64,000 bases of DNA from Thermovirgaceae bacterium (GTDB lineage: Bacteria > Synergistota > Synergistia > Synergistales > Thermovirgaceae): positions 32,001 through 96,000 of the forward strand of contig JAXGNU010000003.1 in assembly GCA_040767805.1 (NCBI GenBank), read 5' to 3'. Below the pieces are notes generated by a model, which searched no databases, had not been told where the DNA came from, and saw nothing but the letters and a program-made list of their open reading frames with translations. This document shows positions 8,231 through 18,276 of this stretch, one piece after another (position 1 is the first letter of the stretch; every line of letters starts with the position of its first letter). The position numbers were made by a program, and so were the translations under genes.

Positions 8231-9323
8231 GCCCGGTGACCCGAGAGAGCGTATAGAACTCCTTTCAAAAGCTTTGAGCGAGCTGGCCGACCACCCCATA
8301 AAGGTGATGGAGGTCTGCGGTACACACACCGTCTCCATTTTTCGCCAGGGGTTGAGAGTCTTGCTTCCGGCAAATATCACCCTCGTCTCGGGACCGGGGT
8401 GCCCGGTCTGCGTTACGTCCCAGGGTGAGATCGATGCCGCCCTTTCCCTGGCCGGCCGCGAGAATACCACCATTGCGACCTACGGGGACATGCTCAAGGT
8501 CCCGGGAACCGAGACGACCCTGGCGGAAGAGAGATCCCGGGGAGCCGACGTGAGGGTGGTCACCTCGGCCGACCAGGCCCTTTCGCTGGCCATGAATGAC
8601 AGGGCCCGTTCCGTGGTTTTCCTGGCGGTCGGTTTCGAAACGACAGCCCCGGCCACGGCCTCGGTCGTCCTGGACGCCTGGCGGGAAGGCCTCGACAATT
8701 TCATGGTCCTCGACCTGCACAAATCGGTACCGCCGGCCCTAGGAGCGCTCGCCTCCGACCCCGATGTGAACCTCGATGCTTTTCTCCTCCCCGGTCACGT
8801 GAGCGTCATCACGGGGCTCGCGACCTACCGCTTCCTGCCGGAACGATACGGCATCGCCTGTGCTGTGGCGGGCTTCGAGGCGGAGGGAATAATGACGGCC
8901 CTGGTGGAAGTGGCGAGGCAGATTCGAAAAAAAAGGCCGAGGGTGGCATCGCTTTACAGCCGGGCGGTGAGGCCCCAGGGCAATGTGGCCGCCAGGAACG
9001 TCATGGATAGAGTGTTCACCCTGGGCGACGCTCCCTGGAGGGGGCTCGGGGAGATTCCCTCCTCGGGCTTTTTCCTCAGGAAGGAATTCGCGTGCTTCGA
9101 CGCCGTGGAAAGGCTCGGGGTGGCGGTGAAAGAGACCCCGCCCCCAGCGGGGTGCCGCTGCGGGGAGGTCCTCAAGGGGTTGATCGACCCGCCGTCCTGT
9201 GATCTCTTTGAAAGATCGTGCACCCCCGCGCATCCCGTCGGACCCTGCATGGTCTCGACGGAAGGAAGTTGCGCGGCTTATTACCGTTTCCAAAAGAGGG
9301 GGTACTCGGCCTGGAGAGACTGA
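8211..9323 (+). CDS. hypD: Hydrogenase formation protein HypD
   Basis: MEVCGTHT, GPGCPVCVT, GFETTAP, PGHVS, GPCMVSTEGSCAAYY; start inferred from the RBS. Confidence 0.95.
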   Translation: MSLQAHRPGDPRERIELLSKALSELADHPIKVMEVCGTHTVSIFRQGLRVLLPANITLVSGPGCPVCVTSQGEIDAALSLAGRENTTIATYGDMLKVPGTETTLAEERSRGADVRVVTSADQALSLAMNDRARSVVFLAVGFETTAPATASVVLDAWREGLDNFMVLDLHKSVPPALGALASDPDVNLDAFLLPGHVSVITGLATYRFLPERYGIACAVAGFEAEGIMTALVEVARQIRKKRPRVASLYSRAVRPQGNVAARNVMDRVFTLGDAPWRGLGEIPSSGFFLRKEFACFDAVERLGVAVKETPPPAGCRCGEVLKGLIDPPSCDLFERSCTPAHPVGPCMVSTEGSCAAYYRFQKRGYSAWRD

Positions 9324-10297
9324 GCATCGGTCATGGGGCGGGCGGGAGCCTCACCCAGGAACTCATCGACCTCGTAAAGGGCCGTTTCGATGGCAGCACC
9401 TTGGCCGACGGCGAGGACTGCGCGATCCTCCCGGGCGGGTTCGCTGTGACCATCGACGGCTTCACTGTGTCACCCCTCTCCTTCGAGGGGGGTGACATAG
9501 GGAAACTCTCCGTCTGTGGGAGCGTCAACGACCTGTCCGTAAGGGGCGCTAAGCCGCTCTACCTGGCCCTCGGGGTCATCGCCGAAGAGGGCCTCCCCGT
9601 AAGGGAGCTGTTAGGATACATGGAAAGCGCCGCCGCCATATGCCGGAGCCTCGGTGTCGAACTCGTGACGGGCGACAGCAAGGTGGTCCCCAGGGGCCAG
9701 GCCGACGGTCTCTTCCTTTCAACCTGCTGCCTCGGTAAGATCGTACGGGAAGGCCCGTTGGGAGCCATTAACTTGCGTCCCGACGATGCCGTCATTCTCA
9801 CTTGCCCGCCCGGGCTGCACGGCGCCACCATCGCGGCTCACCGCTACGATATCAAGGTCAGGGGCCTGTCCTCTGACTGCGCCGCTTTGTGGCCCATGTT
9901 GGAGGGCATTCTTCCCGTGAGCGGGCTCCGCTGCATGCGCGACTGCACCAGGGGCGGTCTCGCCACGGTGCTCTGCGAATGGTCGGAAAGGGCCGGGCTC
10001 GGGATCGAGATCGACGAGTCGCTGATACCCTGGGACGAGGCGGCCCTTTCGGTTTGCGACATCCTCGGGTTCGAGCCGTTGCACATGGCCGGGGAAGGCT
10101 GCGCCGCGGTGGCCGTGGAAGAAGGGGAAGCTCAAAAAACGGTGGCGCTGCTTAAAAAACACGACCTTGGGGAAAGGGCCTCGGTCATCGGCCGTGTGAC
10201 GAAGGAACACCCGGGCCTGGTGGGTATCAGGACCCTCTCGGGCGGCACCCGCCTGGTGGACAAGCCCGTCGGGGAACTGCTGCCTAGAATATGCTGA
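9311..10297 (+). CDS. hypE: Hydrogenase maturation carbamoyl dehydratase HypE (probable CTG start)
   Basis: IGHGAGG, GGDIGKLSVCGSVNDL, RDCTRGG, C-terminal PRIC. Confidence 0.93.
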   Translation: MERLSIGHGAGGSLTQELIDLVKGRFDGSTLADGEDCAILPGGFAVTIDGFTVSPLSFEGGDIGKLSVCGSVNDLSVRGAKPLYLALGVIAEEGLPVRELLGYMESAAAICRSLGVELVTGDSKVVPRGQADGLFLSTCCLGKIVREGPLGAINLRPDDAVILTCPPGLHGATIAAHRYDIKVRGLSSDCAALWPMLEGILPVSGLRCMRDCTRGGLATVLCEWSERAGLGIEIDESLIPWDEAALSVCDILGFEPLHMAGEGCAAVAVEEGEAQKTVALLKKHDLGERASVIGRVTKEHPGLVGIRTLSGGTRLVDKPVGELLPRIC

Positions 10298-10387
10298 TTT
10301 GGCCGTTCTTAGACGCGAAACGTTGCACCTGGGGCCTGGCCGACTATCCTTGTCCCCGCCTATGTTCGCCTCCACGACCTTTCGATA

Positions 10388-11743
10388 CTACCCCAGCCCT
10401 AAGACTTGCCGTGCGATCTGGAAATAGATTAAAAGTCCCACCACGTCGACAACAGTGGTAATGAACGGCCCCGAGACTATGGCCGGGTCGAACCGTAGGG
10501 CCCTGGCCGCAAAAGGTAACAGCACCCCCACCAGGTTCCCTATCATGACGACGGCCACCAGGGAGATGGCCACCACTAAGGCGACATCCATCCCTGTGCC
10601 TAACGATACAGCCCTGAAAACACCGAAGAGCGCGAGGACGGCTCCCAGGATCAGGCCGGTAAAGGCTTCCCGCAGCAACACGCCGCCGATGTCGCGCCAC
10701 TTGATCTCGCCCAGGGTCATCCCCCTTATCATCAGTGTCGAGGACTGGGTCCCCGTGTTTCCCCCAGTGTCTATGAGGAAAGGGATAAAAAAGGTCAGGG
10801 CGACCACGCTGGAGATGATCGATTCATGGTGCTTCAGTATCGATGACGTGATAGCCTGGGTCATTATGCAGACCAGAAGCCATGTCAGCCTCTTCCTGGC
10901 CAGGGTGAACAGCCCTATCTCGAGGTACTTCTCCTCGAAAGGCTGTATACCTGCCATGCGCTCGAAGTCCTCGGTGGCCTCCTCTTCTACGATGTCGAGC
11001 ACGTCGTCGAAGGTCACTATCCCCACGAGGCGGTTCTCCAGGTCCACCACGGGGATAACGTGAAGGTCGTAGCGGGACATGACCTGCGCCACTTTTTCCT
11101 GGTCCGTCAGGGTCGTGACGAATACCGGGTCGTCGTCCATGAGGTCCGAGACGAGCGTCTCCGGTTGGGCCAGGATTATATCCTCCAGTTCCACGACCCC
11201 CCGAAGGCGGCGTTCACCATCCATGACGAAACAGGTGTAAATGGTCTCCTTGCTCCGGGCCACCTTCCGGATATGCTGCAGGGCTACGGCCGCCGTCATC
11301 GATGACTTGAGGCCGATATACTCCGCGGTCATGATCCTCCCCGCGGAGTCCTCGGGGTAGTTCAGCAGGTGGTTCGCGATCTTTCTCTCCTCGGGGGAAA
11401 GGTGCTGCATGAGCTTCTCTACCGTTTTCGCGGGCAGTTCGTCCAGCAGGGCGGTACGGTCGTCATCGGACATCTCCTCGATGATCTCCGCCGCTTCCTT
11501 CGCGGTGAAGCAATCGAGGAGTTCCTCCCTCTCCGCGCCTTCCATGTGTTCGAAAACATCGATAGCTAGATCCTTCGAAAGAAGACGGAAAATGAGTACC
11601 CTTTTTGCCTGGGGTGCTTCCACGAGAATCTCCCCTATGTCGGCCGGTTCCATGGTGGAAAGGGTTTCCTTGATCTCGATGAACCTGTGTTCCGACAAAA
11701 GGTCTTCTATCTGGCTGTAAAAACGGTCCAGTCTCTCTTTCAT
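10388..11743 (-). CDS. mgtE: Magnesium transporter MgtE
   Basis: N domain, CBS pair (YPEDSAGRIMT, GIVTFDDV), TGGNTGTQ, DPAIVSGPFITTVVD. Confidence 0.95.
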   Translation of the reverse strand: MKERLDRFYSQIEDLLSEHRFIEIKETLSTMEPADIGEILVEAPQAKRVLIFRLLSKDLAIDVFEHMEGAEREELLDCFTAKEAAEIIEEMSDDDRTALLDELPAKTVEKLMQHLSPEERKIANHLLNYPEDSAGRIMTAEYIGLKSSMTAAVALQHIRKVARSKETIYTCFVMDGERRLRGVVELEDIILAQPETLVSDLMDDDPVFVTTLTDQEKVAQVMSRYDLHVIPVVDLENRLVGIVTFDDVLDIVEEEATEDFERMAGIQPFEEKYLEIGLFTLARKRLTWLLVCIMTQAITSSILKHHESIISSVVALTFFIPFLIDTGGNTGTQSSTLMIRGMTLGEIKWRDIGGVLLREAFTGLILGAVLALFGVFRAVSLGTGMDVALVVAISLVAVVMIGNLVGVLLPFAARALRFDPAIVSGPFITTVVDVVGLLIYFQIARQVLGLG

Positions 11744-12040
11744 GGTCCAAGCACCCCCCGATCGACATGGCCATGCAAGGAACCCGCAGTCCCGTCTCAG
11801 CGCACGGAAGGCACGCGCTTCGGGCTTGGATTTGCACGTCCAGTTTTTCCTTGTCGAGGGTGAAATCCGGCGGCGGGAAGGTTTGAACTCTGCCGGGAGG
11901 GAAGAAACAAAACAGGGGCGGTACCTTATTCGTCCCCGGCCATCACCCTCTTTTTCATGGTCCCGTGACGTTGGAACCCGGTACTATGACACTCTTCCAT
12001 TTCCATCTCCCTCGTTACAGCTGGATGCTGCCCGTCTTTA

Positions 12041-12069
12041 ATGGTATACCAGCCAGGCCGCGAGGTCAA
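12041..12069 (-). promoter_or_regulatory. Putative mgtE promoter
   Basis: TTGACC-17-TACCAT immediately after the ymdB terminator. Confidence 0.55.
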
Positions 12070-12070
12070 C

Positions 12071-12106
12071 AAAAAGGGCGGGTCCCATGGGACCCGCCCT
12101 TTTTTT
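12071..12106. terminator. Bidirectional intrinsic terminator after ymdB
   Basis: AAAAAGGGCGGGTCCC-AT-GGGACCCGCCCTTTTTTT. Confidence 0.88.
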
Positions 12107-12130
12107 CGATGGTACCCTCGAAATAGCACT

Positions 12131-12913
12131 TCACAGTTCCATGGAAAGCCGGGTTATCGAAAGGCTCCTGCCTGACGCATCATCAATATCTATCGCCACG
12201 GCGTCCATCCGTAGGTCGCCTTTACAGACCTCGAACCGAGTGGGCATACCCGTCAGGAAACGATAGATGATGGCTTCCTTGTCCATCCCGATGACTCCAC
12301 CGTGCCCGCCCGTCATCCCCACGTCGGAAATATAAGCCGTGCCCCCTTCCAGGATGCCCTCATCGGCGGTCTGGACGTGGGTGTGGGTACCGAGCACGGC
12401 GGATACCCTTCCGTCAAGGTACAGGGCCAGGGCCCGCTTTTCCGAGGTCGCCTCGGCATGGATGTCCACCAGTACCGGGGATCCTTTTAAAAGAAGGAGT
12501 TCCTCGTCGGCCCTCCGGAAAGGGCAATCGATGGGCTGCATGAAGACTCTCCCCTGGAGGTTCAGGATTCCAAGTTTGAGGCCCTTTTTTTCAATCACCG
12601 TCGATCCGATTCCCGGCGCGGCCGGCGGGTAATTAGCCGGCCTGACCAACCGTCTCTCGGCATCCAGAAGGGGCAGGGCCTCCCTGTTGTCCCATATGTG
12701 GTTGCCGCTTGTCATTGCGTCCAACCCCTGCCGGAACAGTTCTTCCATGACCTTTTCCGTCAATCCGAACCCTCCGGCCGCGTTCTCCACGTTGGCCACG
12801 ATGAAATCGAAAGGCCCCCATTCGGCCCTCGCCCGGGGGAGCAGGCCCGCCAGCGCCCTCCTGCCGGGGTTGCCGACGATATCCCCCACGAAAAGTACTT
12901 TCAATGCCTTCAC
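12131..12913 (-). CDS. ymdB: YmdB-like metallophosphoesterase
   Basis: GDIVG, NVENAAGG, SGNHIWD, DIHAEATSEK, GTHTHVQTAD; follows rny. Confidence 0.92.
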   Translation of the reverse strand: MKALKVLFVGDIVGNPGRRALAGLLPRARAEWGPFDFIVANVENAAGGFGLTEKVMEELFRQGLDAMTSGNHIWDNREALPLLDAERRLVRPANYPPAAPGIGSTVIEKKGLKLGILNLQGRVFMQPIDCPFRRADEELLLLKGSPVLVDIHAEATSEKRALALYLDGRVSAVLGTHTHVQTADEGILEGGTAYISDVGMTGGHGGVIGMDKEAIIYRFLTGMPTRFEVCKGDLRMDAVAIDIDDASGRSLSITRLSMEL

Positions 12914-14443
12914 CTACTTGGCGTATTCCACCGAGCGAGTCTCCCTTATCACGGTCACCTTGATCTGTCCGGGGTACTTCATCTCGCTCTCTATTTTCCT
13001 GGCGATATCATAGGCAAGCTTATGGATAGAGCCGTCATCGAGGCTGTTCGGCGCGACCATGACCCTGATCTCCCGACCCGCCTGGATGGCATAAGCCTTG
13101 GTCACGCTCTTGAAGGTCTTGGCTAGCGTTTCAAGGGTCTCGAGCCTCTTGATGTAGGACTCCAGGCTCTCCCGTCTCGCCCCCGGCCTGGACGCGCTGA
13201 CGGCGTCGGCCGCCGATACGATCACGTCGTAGACGGAGGTCATCTCCTGGTCCTCATGGTGAGCCGCCACGGCGTTTACCACTTCGGGGGTTTCACCGAA
13301 CCTCTTGGCCAGGTCGCGGCCGATAAGCGCATGGGGTCCCTCGACCTGGTGGTCGACGGCCTTGCCAATATCGTGCAGAAGGCCGGCCCTCCTGGCGACA
13401 TGCTCATCGATGCCAAGCTCGGCGGCCATGATCCCCGAAAGGTGAGAAACCTCAAGACTGTGGGAAAGGGCGTTCTGCCCGTAGCTGGACCTGAATCTCA
13501 GTTGACCGATCAGTTTGACCAGTTCAGGGTGCATGGATTTGATCCCTGTTTCAAGGAGGGCTTCTTCGCCGGCCTCCAGGATCTTTTCTTCCACGTCACG
13601 CTGAGCCTTTTCCACGATCTCCTCGATCCTTGCAGGGTGGATCCTTCCGTCGAGGACAAGCCTCTCCAGTGAGAGACGCGCCACCTCTCTCCTCACGGGG
13701 TCAAAACTGCTCAACGTCACCGCTTCCGGTGTATCGTCCACGATGAGGTCAACTCCCGTGTAGGTCTCAAAGGCACGGATGTTCCTTCCTTCCCTCCCAA
13801 TTATGCGCCCCTTCATCTCGTCCGATGGCAAGGTAACAACGCTCACGGACATTTCAGAGGTATGATCCACGGCACACCTCTGGATGGCACTCACGACAAT
13901 TTCTCTGGATTTCCTTTCGGACTCTCTTCTCGCCTTCTCCTCGAGGTCCTTGAGTCTTAACCCTATAAGGTGTCCTGCCTCTTCTTCCACTTCCTTCAGG
14001 AGGAAATCCTTGGCGTCTTCCCTTGACATGCCGGCGATCTCCTCGAGTCGTTCCATCTGCTTCCTTCTCACTGACTCGACATCTTCGAGGCGGGACGCTA
14101 GTTCCTCCTGTTTCTTGCGGTACTCCTCCTCCCTCTGGAGTATGGACTCCATTTTGGAGTCGAGGTTCTCCTCCTTCTGTTCGAGTCTTCGCTCGGCGCG
14201 CTGTTGTTCGGCGCGCCTTTCCTTGATCTCGCGTTCGGCTTCTTGACGGAGGCGGTGGATCTCCTCCCTGGCCTCCGTTAACATCTCCCTTTTCCGCCTG
14301 TCGGCTTCCTGGAAAGCATCCTTCAAAAGCTGGTCGGACTGCTCCCGGGTCCCCTTGAGCTTCCTGTCGCTCAAAATTTTGTAAAAGAGGAAGCCGATCG
14401 AAAGACCGACGGCGAAAGCTGCTGCAAGTATTACAGGCAACAT
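12914..14443 (-). CDS. rny: Ribonuclease Y
   Basis: N-terminal TM, coiled coil, KH motif [15 protein letters not shown] motif LLHDIGK. Confidence 0.97.
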   Translation of the reverse strand: MLPVILAAAFAVGLSIGFLFYKILSDRKLKGTREQSDQLLKDAFQEADRRKREMLTEAREEIHRLRQEAEREIKERRAEQQRAERRLEQKEENLDSKMESILQREEEYRKKQEELASRLEDVESVRRKQMERLEEIAGMSREDAKDFLLKEVEEEAGHLIGLRLKDLEEKARRESERKSREIVVSAIQRCAVDHTSEMSVSVVTLPSDEMKGRIIGREGRNIRAFETYTGVDLIVDDTPEAVTLSSFDPVRREVARLSLERLVLDGRIHPARIEEIVEKAQRDVEEKILEAGEEALLETGIKSMHPELVKLIGQLRFRSSYGQNALSHSLEVSHLSGIMAAELGIDEHVARRAGLLHDIGKAVDHQVEGPHALIGRDLAKRFGETPEVVNAVAAHHEDQEMTSVYDVIVSAADAVSASRPGARRESLESYIKRLETLETLAKTFKSVTKAYAIQAGREIRVMVAPNSLDDGSIHKLAYDIARKIESEMKYPGQIKVTVIRETRSVEYAK

Positions 14444-14540
14444 TCGGACATCACTCCTTATTCCGTTGTCAAGTTTCATTAATTGTCAATCTATTCGGCA
14501 GTCGCAATAGGCAAAAAAGCGTCCTGATGTATTCTACAGA

Positions 14541-14984
14541 TTAGGAGGCTTCACCACAAGTCCGCCGGAGAGCTTCCCTTATGACGGGGTAGGAGAACCC
14601 CCTACGGGACAACCTCCCCCAGGCCTTCTCCATCTCAAGATCAGGCCCCCAGTGGCGGATCATGGCCAGGGCTTTCCCAACCTCATCTTCCTGGTCAAAG
14701 GCTACCATGCTCTCCACAAGATCCCCTTCAATGCCCCTTTTCAGGAGCTCCACCTTCATCCTTTTAAAGCCGTATTCCCCGTGGGTTGAAATAAAGAGCT
14801 CGCAGTAGCGCCGGTCATCGATGTATCCCGACTCTTCTAGTTCTCGACACACTTTCTCGGAAGTCCGCCTCGAAGCCCCCCTGGCAACGAGCTTTCTCTT
14901 GAGCTGGCTGCAGGTCACTTCTGACCGGGAAATCAGCCTCATGGCATATTCAAGCAGGCCTTCGAAACTATCGTCCCTTTTCAT
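14541..14984 (-). CDS. recX: Regulatory protein RecX
   Basis: GYIDDRRY, ELLKRGI, LSRRGFSY repeats. Confidence 0.85.
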   Translation of the reverse strand: MKRDDSFEGLLEYAMRLISRSEVTCSQLKRKLVARGASRRTSEKVCRELEESGYIDDRRYCELFISTHGEYGFKRMKVELLKRGIEGDLVESMVAFDQEDEVGKALAMIRHWGPDLEMEKAWGRLSRRGFSYPVIREALRRTCGEAS

Positions 14985-14987
14985 AGG

Positions 14988-17063
14988 TCACGCCGTCCCC
15001 GCCAGTTTCAGCTTCGTCCCCAATTTCCTGAAAACTTCCCGCCGAAGGTCGGGGTAGCCCGACAATACCGGGTCCGACCCGACAAGCGTGAAGGCATCTT
15101 CCCTTGCCTCCTCCAGGAGGTCCCTGTCCTTCACGAGGTCCGCCACCTTGAAATCGGTTATGCCATGCTGCCTTACCCCACATATCTCACCCGGACCCCT
15201 GAGGGCCAGGTCCCTCTCGGCTATCTCAAAGCCGTCCGAAGAAGTGCGCATCGCTTCGATCCGGGCTCTTCCATCCTCCGTACCGGGCTTGCCGACAAGA
15301 AAGCAGAAACCGCCCACCTCGCCCCTCCCCACCCTGCCCCTGAGCTGGTGAAGTTGCGACAGGCCGAAACGATGGGCATCCTCGATCACCATGACTGTGG
15401 CGTCCCTCACGTCGACCCCGACCTCGACGACGGTCGTGGATACGAGGATCGACAGCTCTCCACTGACAAACCTCTCCATGGTGGACTGTCTTTCCTCGGG
15501 AGGAAGCTGGCCGTGAAGGATGCCGACCTTCTCCCCGGGGAACCGTTTTGAAAGCGTTTCGTGGCGCCTGATGACGGGCATCAGCGGGAGCTTGTCGCTC
15601 TCCTCGATCACTGGGCAGACCCAGTAGACCCTTCTTCCCTGGGCCGTCTCATTGGCAATAAACCGGGCGAGCCTGGGATCATCGGGGTCGCGTAGGTACC
15701 TGGTCTCTGTCGGGGTCCTCCCGGGGGGGAGTTCATCGATCACGGAAAAGGCTAGGTCGCCGTAGACGGATAGGGTCAGTGTCCTCGGTATGGGGGTGGC
15801 GGTCATAACGAGCACGTGAGGATGGCCGCCTTTGGCCGTCAGGGCCCCTCTCTGGAGGACGCCGAACCGGTGCTGCTCGTCCACCACCACGGCGGCCAGC
15901 CTCCCGAACTGTACCGTCTTCTGTATAAGGGCGTGGGTCCCCACCACGATACAGGGCTCACCGGAGGCAATATCCGCGAGGATCCCTTCCCTTTGCGGAT
16001 CGGGGAGGGATCCAGTGAGAAGGTGAACGGGGACATCCAGGGCTGAAAGCCAGCCGGATATCCTCTTGAAATGCTGCCTTGCCAGGATCTCGGTGGGGGC
16101 CATGATCGCCCCCTGGAAGCCGCTGTCCACAGCCGCGATCAGGAAGGTCACCGCCACAACAGTCTTGCCGGAACCCACATCCCCCTGGAGCAGCCTGTTC
16201 ATAGGGACATTGCCCGAACTGTCGGCGGCGAGTTCGCCCAGGACCTTCTCCTGGGACCGGGTCAGCGAAAAGGGGAGGACACCCGAACGGAACCGTTTCA
16301 TCAAGGGCCCTTGCCAATCAAGGGGTTCCCCTCCCGTTTCTTCCCGGTACTCCTGCTTCCTGATGGCAAGGGCTACCTGGAGGAGGAAGAGCTCCTCGTA
16401 GGCGAGCCTTTTCCTGGCCAGGGCCCATTCTTCCCTGCCCGAGGGGTAATGCATCTGGGTGACGGCAGGCATCCGGGGCATGAAACCCTTGGACTCCCGG
16501 ATAAAGGGGGGCAGGGGGTCGGCGAGATCACCGGGGAAAGCCGCGAGGGCATCGGAGATCAGCTTCCGAAGCCACTTCTGGTACAAACCCTCCGTCCCTG
16601 GGTAAACGGGGACCACCGTTCTTTGGTCAGAGGGATCGTCCTCATCGATCAGTACCTCGAACTCCGGGTTGGTGTATTGCAAAAGGCCCCCTCTTCTCTC
16701 GACCTTCCCGTAAAAGGAGGCCCTCGTACCCGGTGCCAGGACCCTCTCCAGGCCTTTCCGGTTGAACCAGACAGCCTGGGCGAGGCTCGAGCCGTCGCTG
16801 AGCAGGGCCGTCACCAGGGTGAGGTTTCTCCTCCTGGTGGGTTTCCTTTCGATGGCCAACACGGTGGCGACGGCCGAGGAGAATGAACCGGCCTGGAGGG
16901 AACCCAGGGGGGCGGGCGCCCCCCTGTTTTCGTAACGACGAGGGAAAAGGTACAGGAGATCCTCGACGGTCTGCACCCCGAGCCTGAGAAGCCGAGAGGC
17001 CCTCACGGGCCCGACCCCCTTCAGGAACCTGACAGGGGTGTCCCTCGTCAGGCTCTCCGTCAC
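14988..17063 (-). CDS. recG: ATP-dependent DNA helicase RecG
   Basis: RLLQGDVGSGKT, DEQHRFG, MTATPIPRTL, QLRGRVGRG. Confidence 0.97.
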   Translation of the reverse strand: MTESLTRDTPVRFLKGVGPVRASRLLRLGVQTVEDLLYLFPRRYENRGAPAPLGSLQAGSFSSAVATVLAIERKPTRRRNLTLVTALLSDGSSLAQAVWFNRKGLERVLAPGTRASFYGKVERRGGLLQYTNPEFEVLIDEDDPSDQRTVVPVYPGTEGLYQKWLRKLISDALAAFPGDLADPLPPFIRESKGFMPRMPAVTQMHYPSGREEWALARKRLAYEELFLLQVALAIRKQEYREETGGEPLDWQGPLMKRFRSGVLPFSLTRSQEKVLGELAADSSGNVPMNRLLQGDVGSGKTVVAVTFLIAAVDSGFQGAIMAPTEILARQHFKRISGWLSALDVPVHLLTGSLPDPQREGILADIASGEPCIVVGTHALIQKTVQFGRLAAVVVDEQHRFGVLQRGALTAKGGHPHVLVMTATPIPRTLTLSVYGDLAFSVIDELPPGRTPTETRYLRDPDDPRLARFIANETAQGRRVYWVCPVIEESDKLPLMPVIRRHETLSKRFPGEKVGILHGQLPPEERQSTMERFVSGELSILVSTTVVEVGVDVRDATVMVIEDAHRFGLSQLHQLRGRVGRGEVGGFCFLVGKPGTEDGRARIEAMRTSSDGFEIAERDLALRGPGEICGVRQHGITDFKVADLVKDRDLLEEAREDAFTLVGSDPVLSGYPDLRREVFRKLGTKLKLAGTA

Positions 17064-17557
17064 TGATGGCTCTCCCCTTCCTTTTCGCTCTCTCCTTCCT
17101 CCGCGGGGGCTTCCAGCGAATTCAGCAACGATCCGAACTTGGCAAGCAAGCCTTTGAACTCCGCCACGAACTGGTAACGAACCTGCCTCAATCTCTGGAT
17201 ATCCCGCTTGTGGGCGTCCACCCTGTCCTTGGCGCCGAGGACGATCTGGTGCGCCTGGGCCTCGGATTCGGCGATTATGGCCTCAGCCTTGCCTTCGGCG
17301 CTGCTCACCCTCTCCTCGGCGCTCTTCTGCGCAAGGACGAGCGCCTCTTGCAGCGACTGCTTAAGTTCGGTGTACTCCCGGATCTGCTCGTCAAACCTGG
17401 AAAGCTGCACTTCCAGGGTCTTTATTTTTTCCGAGTAAACCTGCAGGCTTTCAGCGACTTTCTCCAGGAAATCCTCGACCTCTTGGGGGTTATAGCCTCT
17501 CATGGCCTTGCTGAAACTGATCCTCTCGATATCAAGAACGGTCAATAGGTCTGCCAA
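17060..17557 (-). CDS. divIVA: DivIVA domain protein
   Basis: FSKAMRGYNPQEVEDFL followed by coiled coil. Confidence 0.88.
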   Translation of the reverse strand: MADLLTVLDIERISFSKAMRGYNPQEVEDFLEKVAESLQVYSEKIKTLEVQLSRFDEQIREYTELKQSLQEALVLAQKSAEERVSSAEGKAEAIIAESEAQAHQIVLGAKDRVDAHKRDIQRLRQVRYQFVAEFKGLLAKFGSLLNSLEAPAEEGESEKEGESHQ

Positions 17558-17580
17558 TTTTTTCCCTCCCTGCCCGCGGG

Positions 17581-18276
17581 TCAGTATGTTCTATCTCCGA
17601 AAATGGCGCTCCCTATCCGCACCATGGTGCTTCCTTCCATAACTGCGTACTCAAAGTCGCCGCTCATCCCCATGGAGAGGATCGGCAGCGAAAGGCCCAA
17701 CCGCGATTGCGTTTCATCCCTCAGTGCCCTCAGGGAGGCATAAAGCGTCCTGGTTCCCCTCTCGTCCAGGCCAAGGGGCAGGACAGTCATCAAACCCTTG
17801 AGGTCGAGGTTTGCGCACCCCTGCAGGATACCTTCAGCCAGGCCCTCTAGGGCGTCCCTTGACGCGCCGAACTTGTCAGGGTCTTCACCGATGTTCACTT
17901 CAAGGAGGACATCGAGCCTCCTCCCGGCGGCGGTACAGGCCCTGTCCAAGACCGATGCCAGTTCAAGGGAGTCCACGCTCTGGACGCAGTCGAAGACCTC
18001 GACCGCTTTCTTGGCCTTGTTCTTCTGGAGGTGCCCCACGAGGTGCCATGGAATGCGCGATCTTGGCGCCGAGGGATCCCATTTCGAAAGGGCTTCCTGC
18101 ACCCTGCTCTCACCAAGGGCGACTACGTCGCAGCGGGCAGCCTCTTCCATCTCATCGGTCGAACGGGTCTTGGTCACGGCTACTATGCCGACCCTGTCGC
18201 CTTCAAGGCCGCAACGGGCCGCCGCCCTGGCGATCCTCTCCCGGACCGAGGTTATGTTATCCGCTATGGAACTCAC
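17581..18276 (-). CDS. yggS: PLP homeostasis protein (YggS)
   Basis: VAVTKT, WHLVGHLQKNK, LSMGMSGDF, MVRIGSAIFG. Confidence 0.95.
   Translation of the reverse strand: MSSIADNITSVRERIARAAARCGLEGDRVGIVAVTKTRSTDEMEEAARCDVVALGESRVQEALSKWDPSAPRSRIPWHLVGHLQKNKAKKAVEVFDCVQSVDSLELASVLDRACTAAGRRLDVLLEVNIGEDPDKFGASRDALEGLAEGILQGCANLDLKGLMTVLPLGLDERGTRTLYASLRALRDETQSRLGLSLPILSMGMSGDFEYAVMEGSTMVRIGSAIFGDRTY

Noticed and set aside
11744..12040. M-box, fluoride riboswitch or 6S RNA upstream of mgtE
   Set aside because: Their conserved sequence blocks were not recognisable by eye; kept only as an unknown leader.
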